From the NCBI GenBank assembly GCA_051362555.1, contig CM120646.1, forward strand, positions 2,852,001 to 2,916,000: 64,000 nt of DNA, in the 5' to 3' direction. Shown one piece after another: positions 12,952 through 25,640 of the stretch. How positions within the stretch are numbered: the first letter of the stretch is position 1; the number at the start of each line of letters is the position of its first letter. Under the pieces are notes generated by a model. It searched no databases. It saw only the letters and a list, made by a program, of their open reading frames with translations, and was not told where the DNA came from. Both the position numbers and the translations under genes were made by a program. This stretch comes from Lingula anatina. Taxonomy: Eukaryota > Animalia > Brachiopoda.

Positions 12952-15426
12952 GTCAAACTGATTAAAAACAAATCAGAGCTTCTTTTGACGTGGTTTAGCC
13001 CCCAAAACAGCTTTTGTTTAAATAAGAAGGAGATTGGAAATATATGATTGGATGTTTGAAAATAGGAAAATCTTCTTTTACTTCAAATCTTATTTAGAAC
13101 CGAAACAGATCACGCTCTCTGTGAAGACCTCGTACGAGACCTCGTCGGTTGAACGCCCGCGACATTCGGCTTCATTCGATCTCTGTCTGCAGGGGGCTTC
13201 CGCACATTAGACTTAATCTGCCAGATATCCGAGGTTCATCGATTTGTTTTTTTCCAGTTCTTTGTGTAGCGATATAAATGGTGAACTAACAAAGGAAAAA
13301 TGATAGGCACTCTGAAAAATGCAGGATGTCTTTGTTCGACTTCTTGATTCTTAGATCTAATTTGATGACTTGGGTATTATCGTGCATGAAAGGATTTTTG
13401 TGATGAAAATTGTGAAGATTTATATCATATTAGCGCCCGCGTGTGAATGTGTGAACGTGCGAGCATATATGAGTGTGTTTTCACACATGTACGCGTGCAT
13501 GGGTTGGAATTGTATCAATGCGCTGTTTTTTGACGCGATTTACAATCTTAAATGTAGGGTTGAGCGTTGTTTCACGTTGAACGTAAACCCCATATACTTA
13601 AATGTTATTAGATGGTCAGCTGTGTACCATGTACGAGTAGTCTGTGTATTTTAGTCATGTTGATATGCTTTCTTTGGCAGTGAGATGATAACTAGTATCT
13701 TGACACCCTTGGGTGCCTAAACCAAACTCCAACTGCTACCAATAACAGCGACGTTGGCTAATAATAATGCAACATCTATAGGATATTTAATAGCAGTCAG
13801 ATGTGTGGTCCTAGCCCCCCCCTCCCCCTCCCCTCTCTGGATGAGTTTTCTCCTCATATCAAAGTATTTGTAATCAGATAATTGAAAGGAAGGCGCGGGC
13901 GACAATTATCTTAATGACTTGTTATCATAACTTATTTATTCCACCTGCCTTCAACCCTAATATACTAATTAGAACACACTGAGAACGTAAATAACTACAC
14001 GAAGGTGCACTCGGACTATGAGATAAATCTGAACCGATCGAGGTCTAAATTACCTCATCAGACGACTGAATTTGAAAAGTCTTCAGCCCAGCAGTGCGTC
14101 TATGTAACCCGGAGTCTTCTGTAGTCGCGCTCCACATTAAATGTCTAGTGAAGAAGTAACAACGTTTTTTAATGCGATTTAACCTTAACTGGTTTGGGTG
14201 TATACTTAGGGCTGAACACAACTTCGACTTGTAGATACAGTCTGATATGAATCTACACAGATAATTTATTAAAACACATTTGAATTTGACTAATGCCTAG
14301 AACCACGATACGGGTTTTACAAGTGTTTCTAGGATGGAGAAAATCAAACCCTCAAATACAACATTTAGCTGTAATTTGCCATGAAAAAGGGAAGATACTC
14401 GTAGCCACAAAAAAACGAGCTCTGCCTCGTGAATTAGATAACATTACAGTTGTGTGCTGGTGTGAGCAGTCGAATTAAGAAAAAAAAACGATAATAACGA
14501 AGTACACTCACAACGGCAGATGTTCACGCCAAGTTCGAGCGTTTTCCTCTGTTGTTGATTCCGTCTGTGTGAATAAGATAAGATTGCCATGGCAACCGGC
14601 ACAAACGCGTGACGTGGAGGTTTTATATCACGTCGTTGCGTTAGTTTGCTATGAAACTCGGGAGGCTTTCGATATGGAAACCAAGTAAACAAGGTTTGTT
14701 GCGTTTTGATGTTCATTAACAAAATGCCTTTCTTTATAATCATTGAACCGATTGAATATTGCCATTGAATGTATTACAGTTTAATGTGGTAATCGAAAGA
14801 TGAATAGGGAATTGTCGTGGTATGAAGAGAGTCGAGATTTTCTAAAAAGGGATAAAACGCGTCGTTTTTGCATTTACTCGTTATTCTAGTTAAGTCTTTA
14901 CCGCATTTGTACGTGTAGTACAGACATTATTTAAAACGGCGGCGTTAAAACAACAGATTAGTGAGTAATAATGACCGTAACTAGCATACTGTACAAAGTA
15001 TTGCTGCTGTATTGTGCATATGAAGTAATGTTTTAATTTGGGTTTATCTATGATATTCAGTTCGTTTTAGGTGCATCTTGTAAAAGATTCAAGTCTGTGT
15101 AAAAATTGTTGTGCATATTCCGTATACGAAAGTACAGGCTCTGCTAATAGATTCCAAATACGTATTTATAGATCAGAATCGTGGTGTTATCTACGTGTTG
15201 AGAGCCTTTAATTTGAAGTTTACACGTATTTCACGATAATATCGTGACACAAACCACCCATCTATATTGGATTAATTGAAGTGGATAGCAAGTTTTGCCA
15301 GCAGTGAAATTTTAAAGATAACAACCGACTCTTGAGGTTAGCGGTGACGTTATGGCAAATATATTACATTTAGGTTAGTACATGTATAAATACTATCGTT
15401 TCGTTAGAAGGTATTATAGGATAATT

Positions 15427-15596
15427 CAGGCCCGTAGCCAGCAATCTCAGAGGGGGGGGGGTCGTTTTTTGAAAAAGTGGACCTTTTAACGTAAAATCCT
15501 CAAGTACATAGATCAAATTTTACCCAGAGTGGACTTTTTCCCATCAAAAAGGGTGGTTCTTTCGAACCCCCCGAACCCCCCCTGGCTACGGGCCTG
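15427..15596. mobile_element. hAT-like MITE
   Basis: Perfect 15-bp TIR caggcccgtagccag / ctggctacgggcctg; TSD only partly retained (ggat). Confidence 0.7.
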
Positions 15597-17285
15597 GGAT
15601 TGAACAGTTGAACAAGCTAGCAATCTTCCAAGCATCTATGTAGTTTTAGAGATAATGTCCTATGATACATCTCTCTCACCTTCCCGCGTGTAAATTTCAT
15701 CTTATTTTTTTAATATTTGTGCAAATCCTGAAACGTGCGTACGTGTATTTCGCTAATTGTTTGCAAGGTGTTGAAAACATTTGTCCATCTTTGTCGCAGT
15801 TTAAGCTCTCTCTCTCTCTCTCTCGTTTTCAGACACTAGAGCTTATTGACTATACCACCGATATGAGGAATGGATTATATGGTGCAAAGCCAATGTAAAA
15901 GTATCAGAATTCATATCCACAAACAAGTAATGCGGGCAATGATAGAAATAAGAAGTATACATGAATATGCTGGTAAAGGAAGAACGAATAGCGATATAGT
16001 CTATATACTGCATTAGACCTATATATCATATGTAATGCATGCATTTAATGTTGAATTCACGGTATCCTATATACATGCAGGTACATGAGCTGGACCAAGC
16101 AAGACTCCAGATAACCTTGTAATATCCCAGATAAGAAAAACGCCTACCTGTATTTTGAATAACACGTGCGTTTGGTATTAGTCTGTCCTGGAAAGGGGGA
16201 ATTTCACAGTGTTTTTTGCATTACTGTGAATTAGGTGCGTTATGGCCGGGCTAATCCGACTGTGGATTTTAATTTAAGGAAAAGGTTGCAGAAAGAAGTT
16301 TATTTCGTTTGATCCTATTTATATATCACCCCCACTCTCACTCTCTCTCTCTCATACAAAAAAAACCTTTGTTCTCGCCAATCAATTTTCTCAATTATCC
16401 CCATTTACCGAGAGGCCATAAATTCACTTTATCCTTTCGATATTGTGTCAGTTTTATCAATGTAATTCTCATTTAATATTCTCCCCATTCACTACCCGAC
16501 CACCGTATTGATGAGCCCGACATCACCATCTGTTCAATGAATTATATCTTTTTACGGATTAATCTCCTTTTTGTCAAGTGCTTGTGGGTTTATATCGCCA
16601 GGGATGTACCCTGAGGTTCAGACTCTATCACTGTACTACTGCCTATACTGTATAAGTATAGCAGGGTAAGGGGACATCACCAAGATCGAGCTGAGACTCC
16701 GGTTGCTGTGCCGTTGTATTAACACACCGAAGCTCTCTGTTTACCTATGCCACGGCTGGCCATTAAGCAAGTGCGCCGAGTTCTAGTTCATCCAGATCAA
16801 AGATCGATATTTGCCACATGCTGGTTTCAACTGGAACAGCCACGCTACGAGATGGCCAATATATAGGGCCGCATTAGACGATTTTTATCGCACATCGATT
16901 TCCGAGTCAGACTAGTAGCCGTCTAGGGTTTTTAATAGATGTAAAATTGTAGATTGATTTTAGCACTATGGTTCTTCAGCTTGTCACCAAGAAATCAGCT
17001 CTAAGCCGATCACTCTTTCATGTTTACACGTGTTTATCGTTTTTAAGAAGATGATTGCACCCGTCTACATCAGGTTTCATATATTTTTACGTAATACGTA
17101 AAACGAAATAAATTGCATTTCATCTCAGCATGTCGTCAAGCAACTATCTAGATAGACCACTGGCTTTACTCCGCCAGTGCATAAAATCAATGCGATAAAA
17201 TGACCGGATGGACAATTACTATGGTAACTTAAATCAGCCGAATACCTAGGCAGCATTCACAGCCAACTTGATTCGCAGACAAACA

Positions 17286-17407
17286 GATCTGAGGATCAAA
17301 TATGGCCGACCCACTATCCGCGTAATCCCCGTGGGGACCACTCAGTGTCTGTGAGGAGATTATGCGGCGAGCTTTTAAGTGGGTCGGACATATTTGATCC
17401 TCAAATC
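17286..17407. mobile_element. Palindromic MITE/foldback
   Basis: ~30-bp inverted repeat gatctgaggatcaaatatggccgacccact / agtgggtcggacatatttgatcctcaaatc (2 mismatches) plus an inner IR. Confidence 0.6.
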
Positions 17408-18060
17408 AACTTGTTCTGAATGTGTCCTCGCACACAGCAAAGAGGAGATCAGTTGCATTACATGGAGCAGATATTTCATTCTGGAACTCTTACCCCTACT
17501 ACACATGCGCAAGACCGGTGTTTTATGACTATTAACTTTATCGTTTAACTCATGTTAAACAAAGAAGTGTATTACTCCTAGGACCCAATATTGCGTCCTA
17601 GAATACTCAAAGCAGATAGCCACCGGGCCTGGATCGTTCTGTGAAAAAGTATGTGTAGACAAGACTTTTTTAAAATATTGTCGTGTGCCGGTGTTGGCGT
17701 TTTATTTCAACGGAGATAAGGCTTGCACTTATCAAACCACTGTTTTCATAGAAAAATATCAGACGCACCAGTGGAGCATCCTATCTAAAACATTGTTTAT
17801 TCAAGCGATATTCGATATTATGTCTGTAATATAAAACTGTCATTCGACTGCCACTAGTACTCGAACGTATTGTTTGCAACACTCAAACTGTATGCTGAAG
17901 GGTTCACTTCTTTGAGCAGTGTCTTCTTCTTGAGATAAACTTTGAATGCATGGCCTCTCTGGCAAAGAAAGGATAAATGATAATCAGATACACTTTCTTG
18001 CTCAGTTAAATTTTACAATAAAAATGTCCCATAGCTCTAACTGAAATGCAAGTTAAACAT

Positions 18061-18180
18061 GTAGGTTACGTAACAGTAATGGATTACAACCAGTTCTATC
18101 CAAAGATTTGGTTCACAATCGATAGTAATGATATTTTTGGATAAAAACTGGTTTTCGTCCATAAATGTTATGTAACCTAC
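18061..18180. mobile_element. Palindromic MITE followed by a partial second copy (to ~18260)
   Basis: gtaggttacgtaaca...aaccagttctatccaaa inverted by tttggataaaaactggtt...tgttatgtaacctac; tttggttcac.atcgata.taatgatattttt is repeated downstream. Confidence 0.55.
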
Positions 18181-19288
18181 TGGCCTAAGTGATATTTATA
18201 GACGAGAACCAGTCCCATTCAAAAATTTGGTTCACGATCGATACTAATGATATTTTTGAAATTGATTTTTTGCGGGGGCTTTGTTTGCTTTTTTTACGTA
18301 GGTAAAGTCATAGGGGTTACGTGTATTCAGTTACAGTGGCAATCATTTCTTTGAACTGAATGCGCCGCGGACAAAACGGTTCAGGACCCTGCATTGTGTT
18401 TCATATCTGTACAACGTTACAAGCCACGTGTTATAAGTAAACACTGGTTACGATAATGATTTTTAACATGTGGTCCGTAGACTTTTTAATTGTTTCGGTT
18501 TTTGCCCAAGCTGTCTCCGATTGATCCGATATGTTTCTCCGTCTCTCTGTTTCCCCCAGAAAGAAAACATATTACTTGGTGTTAATGTTTTCTTTGATCT
18601 TAGTTAAGGGGAAGTCGGAACCATACGGCCTTGTGCTTGTTTTTAACAGTCTCCCTGCTACGCCTGACCCGCGGCTGAACAAAAATACATGGCTACCTGC
18701 ATCAATTCATTGACTTGAATTTTTTACCTTGAGGTTAGAAGTCAGCTGCTTTTGTTATAGGCTACTATAAGTTGAACTCCAAGTGGTCGTAATTCACAAC
18801 CATATGAACTTCCCCAGCGTGGAGTCTCCAGAGGTGCCACCTTAAGGCGATTTGCATGTGCTGATTCCGTGTGGTCAGGTCCTTATGCCAATGGGGGAGG
18901 GGGGGGGGGGGGGAGTACTACGTTTCAGATCTCAGTTGGTAAAGGCTCCCTCTGAATCAAAACTGGATCTCTATCCTATGGCATTTCTAAAGTTGGGTCA
19001 ACTAAGAGGATAAAAAGCACCGATAAAGGTCCACTTTGTAGTGGCTTGAGGCCTGCCGTTCTCAACAAGTTCGATTTAAAAAAAAAACAATTTGACTTTA
19101 GCCCAGATGATTAGTCTGATTACGCGGATATTGAAAATGAGGAGAAAGTGAAATAGGCCTATTGTGTTTATAAAGTCTGTTTGTTCTCGTAACATATCTG
19201 AATTATTATTTCTGTATTTCAAAAGTTTAATTTTCATTGTTCCTTTCATTTAATCCCAAAGACATGGGTCTTAATGAATGAATAAAAC

Positions 19289-19333
19289 CGCGCGCGCGCG
19301 CGCGTGCGTCCGTGTGTGTGTGTGTGTGTGTGT
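19289..19333. repeat. (CG)n/(GT)n alternating purine-pyrimidine tract
   Basis: cgcgcgcgcgcgcg followed by a gtgt run. Confidence 0.85.
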
Positions 19334-19935
19334 CTAAAAATTGGGCAACAATGATTTTGAAAAAAACATGTCGTGCTGACAGTATACTATCTCCAGCTAA
19401 CATACTAAATATTTCGTGAGTTTGCCTGAATTATTTAAAGTTACTCATGGAAATCACCGCTTGATGTGCTGCTATTTAAAGGTTTCTCGATAATATCCGA
19501 TTCATGATTTTATGCCCTTGTTACCACCAGCATCAGTGCTATACTGTAGGTCATATATCGGATATATGTATATATATATACACGCATATAGTTGATCTAC
19601 CGGTAGATGCAGAGCAATTTATGGTGAAAAACAGCAAGTATGACGATCGTCATAGTTTGGTTTATGTCAGTGCTTTAAAATACAAATCAAAGGTAATTAT
19701 CTCTTATTTTAACGAACCAATTTCTCCTTTCGGCAGTTTGAACGAATGAATCGGTGTTGGGAAGAAGAAGCCACATATACACAGGAATATTTTAAAGGTT
19801 TATTTTGCACCTTTGAAGGTAAAGCCCTGGAGAGATGTATAGCATGATTAACAATGCTAAAAATTCAAGATGTCGCAATGGTAGTTATGACTTACTGGTT
19901 TACTTTTCATTTTTTTCAGATTGAAAAACTAAAGG

Positions 19936-20742
19936 ATGAGCAAAGAAGACCCAAGTGACATAAAAAGTCCAGAGACAATATTCTCTTTAGATCTTCCAAA
20001 TCCTCAGGCATCAGCGGCGGCAGATGACCTTCACCTTCCCGCTGCACGCGCTGCAGCAGACGATACAGTTTGCGCCGCAGACAAGGAGTCCGACCGCTGC
20101 TGTGAACTTAGAACTCCAAAGTCAGAGCTAGAACAAAGTAGGTTTAGTAACGAAATATGCACACTAGAAACATCTTTCCCGGATAACCCTCCTCCGTATG
20201 ACAGCCTCAGTTTTGGACCTCCAATTCTTGCAATTTTATCGGAGTTAGAAGAAAAAAGAAAGAAAGGGCGACATCGAAGTCGGCCCCAGTCCACGGACTA
20301 CTCAACTTTACCGAGTAGGTTTGGAGGATCGAGAAAAGCGTCTGGAAGTCGGCACGGGAGTTGTACTTTAGAGGACGTGCAAGAACTAAGGGAATACTGG
20401 CAGCCAAGGCCGCCATATTTTCGAGTGCCGAGTGCTCCTCCTGAAGAAGAAGCAACGTCGACGCCTGACGTTGTGCCAAAAGTTGCCTATAAAGAGAAAT
20501 ATAACAAAGAGTTTAAGGAAGCCAAAAACTTAAGTATTCAAGAGTTAGGGACTCTCTTGCCAACAATTAAAGAGGACGATGTTGCAAAGAAAGACGCTAA
20601 TTTCATTGCAGACGATGCAAAGAAAGAGGAAAAATGTATATACTGGAGACCCCGGTACCTTTTGTTTCTAGTGTTTATCTTTGTTGCAGTAGCCATCATA
20701 GTTGTTGCATACATTTCATGGAAAACAATGCGAGGGCGGTAG
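19936..20742 (+). CDS. Uncharacterised 268-aa single-pass membrane protein with PPPY and PSAP motifs
   Basis: Long ORF preceded by a strong acceptor (ttttcatttttttcag, ending 19919) and a candidate 5'UTR exon (~19737-19818, donor gaag|gtaaag). NPPPYDSL, RPPYF and VPSAPP motifs; C-terminal hydrophobic helix YLLFLVFIFVAVAIIVVAYISW. Confidence 0.75.
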   Translation: MSKEDPSDIKSPETIFSLDLPNPQASAAADDLHLPAARAAADDTVCAADKESDRCCELRTPKSELEQSRFSNEICTLETSFPDNPPPYDSLSFGPPILAILSELEEKRKKGRHRSRPQSTDYSTLPSRFGGSRKASGSRHGSCTLEDVQELREYWQPRPPYFRVPSAPPEEEATSTPDVVPKVAYKEKYNKEFKEAKNLSIQELGTLLPTIKEDDVAKKDANFIADDAKKEEKCIYWRPRYLLFLVFIFVAVAIIVVAYISWKTMRGR

Positions 20743-22097
20743 CGACATCCCATTCCCTGCTCCTGCGGGAAATCATACGACCATTTACACAACTGAATCT
20801 CAACCAACGGACCGAAAGTGTCTCAACACAGTGCGTACTAGCACACGTACGACCGAACTATACGTACACGACGCTGTAGGAGTGCGTAGACGAGAGCGTA
20901 AGTGCCGCGTCATGAACAGTCACGGAGACAAATGTTGAGAAAAAGTCAAATGCTAAAAATGCTTTGCAATTTAGAGATGATCTCTCATTCAAACACGGTG
21001 GACATCAAAGACAATTAACCATCAATCGTCTCAATCGCAATTTAGTCCCAGAACGACGTTCTAATGAGCGGTTTGATTTAGACATTGGAAATGCTTGCAT
21101 ACAACACGGGTTTATTCCTTAGATGATAACCATTTGAAGGTTGGTTACCACGGTTACCATTGAATAGTGCAAGACCACCAGTGGGTTTGTCAAGATAAAA
21201 CCAAACTTTATCAATTGGCATTTCAAACCATCATCATCATCATCTGTGTTTTAGAAAAACAGTATTCGTTCAGCTGCACTTGTAACTATCTTTTTTGTAC
21301 TTATTTATTCTTGGGGTAATTCAACTTGGACAAATCGCAACTGGGCGGAGTCTCATCTCCTCTTGATAAGTGCCTCTTTTTTCCACTAGACTTTTATGAC
21401 AACCGAGGGTACCAACAGATATCGAGCACTTCATGTGCCACACTTTGTTAGAGAATCAGAAGAACCAGAGGATCTTGGCTCCAACATCTGTGCCGTTTGG
21501 TTCCTACTACAGCGGTTGCTTCCCAGCTGATACGTCACCTCAGTGGTATTTACACATTTGGAGAGGTAGATTTCAATAGTTTTAGCCTTTTCATCTCTTA
21601 AACGGTTCTGTGGCCTTTAGTTACTATTATGTCAAATTGCATATGGATAATTGACCTTTAGCGTTTAGAATGCTAAACATGCCGGTTGGTGCTGGCATTG
21701 CTCAAGCTCTCACCTGCTGGTGAATGTTAGTCTCGTACAATCAACCTTATATTTACCGATGTCAGTTGTGAACACGAAACACTATACATATATGGTTACT
21801 CCTAAGGTGTCCATCAATATCCGAACGGCCTTCGTAAATGTTTCCTTTCTCATACATGAATTACCTGTCGATGTCTCTTTATGTGTCGTTGGTAAAGCAA
21901 AACACGAGTCACATACCGAGTTCTACTGGCAATTTCCAAATCCAACGTTGATGAAATTTACCGACAATGTTCTTTCACGCATGCTGGCTAACTCAGTTAA
22001 GTAATGAATTGCCTCAGATCCTTCCGTTTGTCATTTTATCCTAATGGTAACTTATGACATGGCCGAATGTGTTTGTTGAGATGCATGTGGTCGCTTC

Positions 22098-22506
22098 CGC
22101 TGGCGGATCCAGGATTGCTAGAGAGCAAAGCTCAATCTCTCTCTCTCTCATGCCATACATTTGAAAAAGAAGAACATTGTAAAGGCACACTCTTAGTAAA
22201 TTTAACTTCTGCAGTGGTAATTCCAAGCAACACTCTACAAATGATTTTACAGTTATTAGTCATGAGGTTAAAGAGCCCCATAGCTAAAAATAATATCAGT
22301 CACGGTTTATTACAAAACTACTATATGAAGGGTGCGAAATGACAACATTTTCTCACTGGGGTAACGATTTTTGGGCTGGTTCCTTAATTCGGTTGTGTAC
22401 TTTCCAAATATAAAATGAGGATGTTGATAGAATTTTAGTCATATCTTTTGAAGAAGCACATTTGAAACACTTTACCCCTCTATTTTATTAACTGGATCCG
22501 CTAGTG
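22098..22506. mobile_element. Old hAT-like MITE
   Basis: Imperfect TIRs cgctggcggatccag / ctggatccgctagtg; no clear TSD. Confidence 0.4.
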
Positions 22507-23563
22507 AAAGTGGGCATTCATATGTATATGTTTGCATGGTTTCAGGGGATATATATGTATACATCTGCCTATTATTGACATAGGACATACAGGACACGTC
22601 TATTTTGGGGAGGTTCGCGAGACGACGCATAATTCCGTATAATGTACAAATCTAACATTGTACACGCCAAAGACATTTCATATTTACATATAACGTAGCT
22701 ATTGCTATATCCAAGATGCATGACAGACATGAAATTAAGCTAATGGACTGAGATAATAATTTAGACATTAGGGAAAGTGCAATGCTGAGTGCATAGAAAT
22801 TATATTTGATATATACACTTATGTAGATAATTTAAGTTTTCTTTCAGTTATTTAAAATGTCGGTTTTATTGTTTTTGTTGATGATATATCACAGTATTTA
22901 AGAATATACGCAGGAGGAGTCTTGAATCTCATGCCGTTCGACAGTGACCTCGTCATCAAAGCTGACAAATGTGACAACAGCATCGAGAACGAGGTCGCCG
23001 ATCTGAAAGCGTGATTCTCCCTCGTTTTACCGGAGACTATTTTAGACAAATGTAAAGGCGGATTTCATGTATATCAATATTTATTTCACAGTATAATTGA
23101 GTTGTTTGAAGTTTTTGTTTTCATTATTTCTTATTTCTCACAGTTCAAGCTAGACTTGAATGATGCGTTGGCTGAAAGAATTAGCTTCATGCATGTAAAG
23201 CAAAGTCGACAAATGCGATTACGGTATGCTTTTGATAGTTTTAGAAACGCCAATCAGAGATAGGTGAAACGTAGTAGAATCAGAAGGGTTTGCCAAAATC
23301 GTAATCAATACTGTTAGTTCAAAGCATTTGTCAAAATTAAAAATAGAGCCATATTTTCCTAACGCTCCAATGAGATAATTAACCTTTTTATGTGTCCATT
23401 TTGACTTACTGCATTTTACCTTGCATCCGTGATGTCTTATTTGTATTTGTTATGTTTGTCTTGTTATTTATTATCCTGTCTATTATAGTAGTTCATCCAG
23501 CTGTCTCGAATATATTGTTATTTAGTCTATTTTTTGTTGATGTTGATAGTTGATTAGTATGAT

Positions 23564-23598
23564 AAAACAAGGCAGCAAAGCTGTCAAATGTACAGACA
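23564..23598 (-). repeat. Helentron 3' terminus: subTIR plus hairpin
   Basis: atgtacagaca at 23588-23598; hairpin ggcagc-aaa-gctgtc at 23571-23585; aaaacaa terminus. Confidence 0.75.
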
Positions 23599-25640
23599 AA
23601 AAGCAGGAAATAACAATGCATAAAATATGCTACTGCCAATGCTGATGCAAAAGTACATCATGGTTAACTGCAAATTTAAAATCAAATTTTAATCAACCTC
23701 AACAGGTATTACCGGTGTAAGTAAAATGTAAGAACCATAAGGCTTCAGGCTCATGAGAGACAAGTATATACTTTGAAAATGCCGGAATGGGAAAAATGAA
23801 AATTTAAGAAATTGCACTAATGCATAATAAATGATTAATCAAAGCAAAAAATATAAAAGTATAAAGTATAAAATGTATAGCTTGTACATTACACATTAAT
23901 CAGCATGAGGTATATGACTCCTAGAATACAAAGCATTTCTAAATGTGACCAGAATGGAATGTGCTAGACCAGAACAGCATGTCTGTAACAAAACCAGGGG
24001 TTCATAATAGCCATGGAAAATAACATTTTGTTCATTTCTAAGTAAAGACAAATATTTTTATTACACATCTGTTTTACTTTCAATTTCAAATGAAATGTAC
24101 TCACAAAATAAGAAACGATAGGAGAAACTGTTTTGCTATGCTTTATAAAAAACAATCAAAATCATTCAAGCCCTACAAGCCACAAATTTTTTTAACAATT
24201 TTTTTTGCAACCAACATTTATGTACTAGTAATCAAAATGAATAAACTTGAATAATTAACTCTAAATAGTCTTGTGAATCAGAGGTACAAAAAGTGATGTT
24301 ATTTAAACACTGTACATGACATTATTTCTTGTTTAAGTATACTGAGTGTTCTTGGGTGCGAAGAATGAACATTTCAACTTCACAAATGACATATCTCCAA
24401 CAGTGTCAATTAAATTATATCATTCTTTGTTCTGTCTTCATACTATGAGTAAGAAGAGAAATCCTATCCTAGTCTTGTTTCCATAAACCTCATGGAAAGA
24501 AGTTTCAACTGAACATAAATATTCTCCAATTAGGTGGTATTTTCCTTTCTGAAAGAAAGAAATATATGTAACATGACATATGAATCACATGAAGATTTGT
24601 CATTGCTCAATTTGGTTAGTTTTTTAATGTGTTTGGCACACCGAAACTGATTAGAAAGCAAAGCTGACAAATACACAGACACCATACAGGAAACAAACCA
24701 GCAAAACTGACAAATGCTGAAACATGACAGCAAAAAGTGCACCAAATAATGTTAAGGTTTTCTTTGATGTTTTGCTATTAAAGACATTTAACATTAAAGT
24801 AGCAAGTGATCCAGTTTTACATGATATATAAGCCACTGAAAATGTCAATGGGTGAAAAAAAATGATATAAAAATAATAACTACTGTAAATGTCAACTGAT
24901 CATGCTGATTTTAGAAAACCAAAAAAATCTACTCATTAAATTGGTAGTGAAACAAGAATATGGTTTGAACTTGAACTATGACTGTCTTTAATATGATGAT
25001 GATGTTCTTGCTTTCGTCATTTATGTAAAATATGAGATATAAACATATATTTAACAATATAATGTGTATAATTTTATAAAAGTAAAGAAGAGCACAATAA
25101 AATGTGAAAATGTATGACCAATTGTGTAACTTAGAATTGAAATAAATAAAATAATTCAGTAAACAAATATTATTTGTCAATTTATAGTATTATGAAGTTG
25201 AAGAAACGTGGAATTAAGAGTTTCACATGCTAATTTGATGATAGTGCTCATTACTATTTTGTGTAAAAAGTAAATAAGTATAACTTGATAAAGGAAATGT
25301 GGATGCATTAGGTCCGGTATAATCTGTTGCTTGTTGACGTGTCATATTAACTAATTTTGAAATGTATTGAGGGACATGTTGTATTGGATTTTGACTCTTC
25401 AAAACTAAAATGAGTGTGACATTATTTTTCCACATGTATAGGTAGAAGTAAATAAACTTTTTTTAAGAAAGGTTAAGGTTTTGTTAATGTTTTTTCTTTC
25501 TTTCTTTCTTTTTTTTTTTTTTTTTTTGAAGTATCATTCTATAAAACTTCTGCACATGTGTTTAGCTGTACATGTGGTTGGAAGTACATAAGGTTAAATG
25601 AAATTTGGGAGTAATTTGTCTTATAATCTCTAATAAAAAT

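Noticed and set aside
21400-22010. MRKETF / SQDPL strings reminiscent of Harbinger or P transposases
   Set aside because: Too short, in broken frames, and compatible with chance.
23144-23160. ttcaag-ctaga-cttgaa hairpin as a canonical Helitron 3' end
   Set aside because: CTAG is inside the loop rather than downstream of a GC-rich hairpin; the subTIR end at 23564-23598 fits better.
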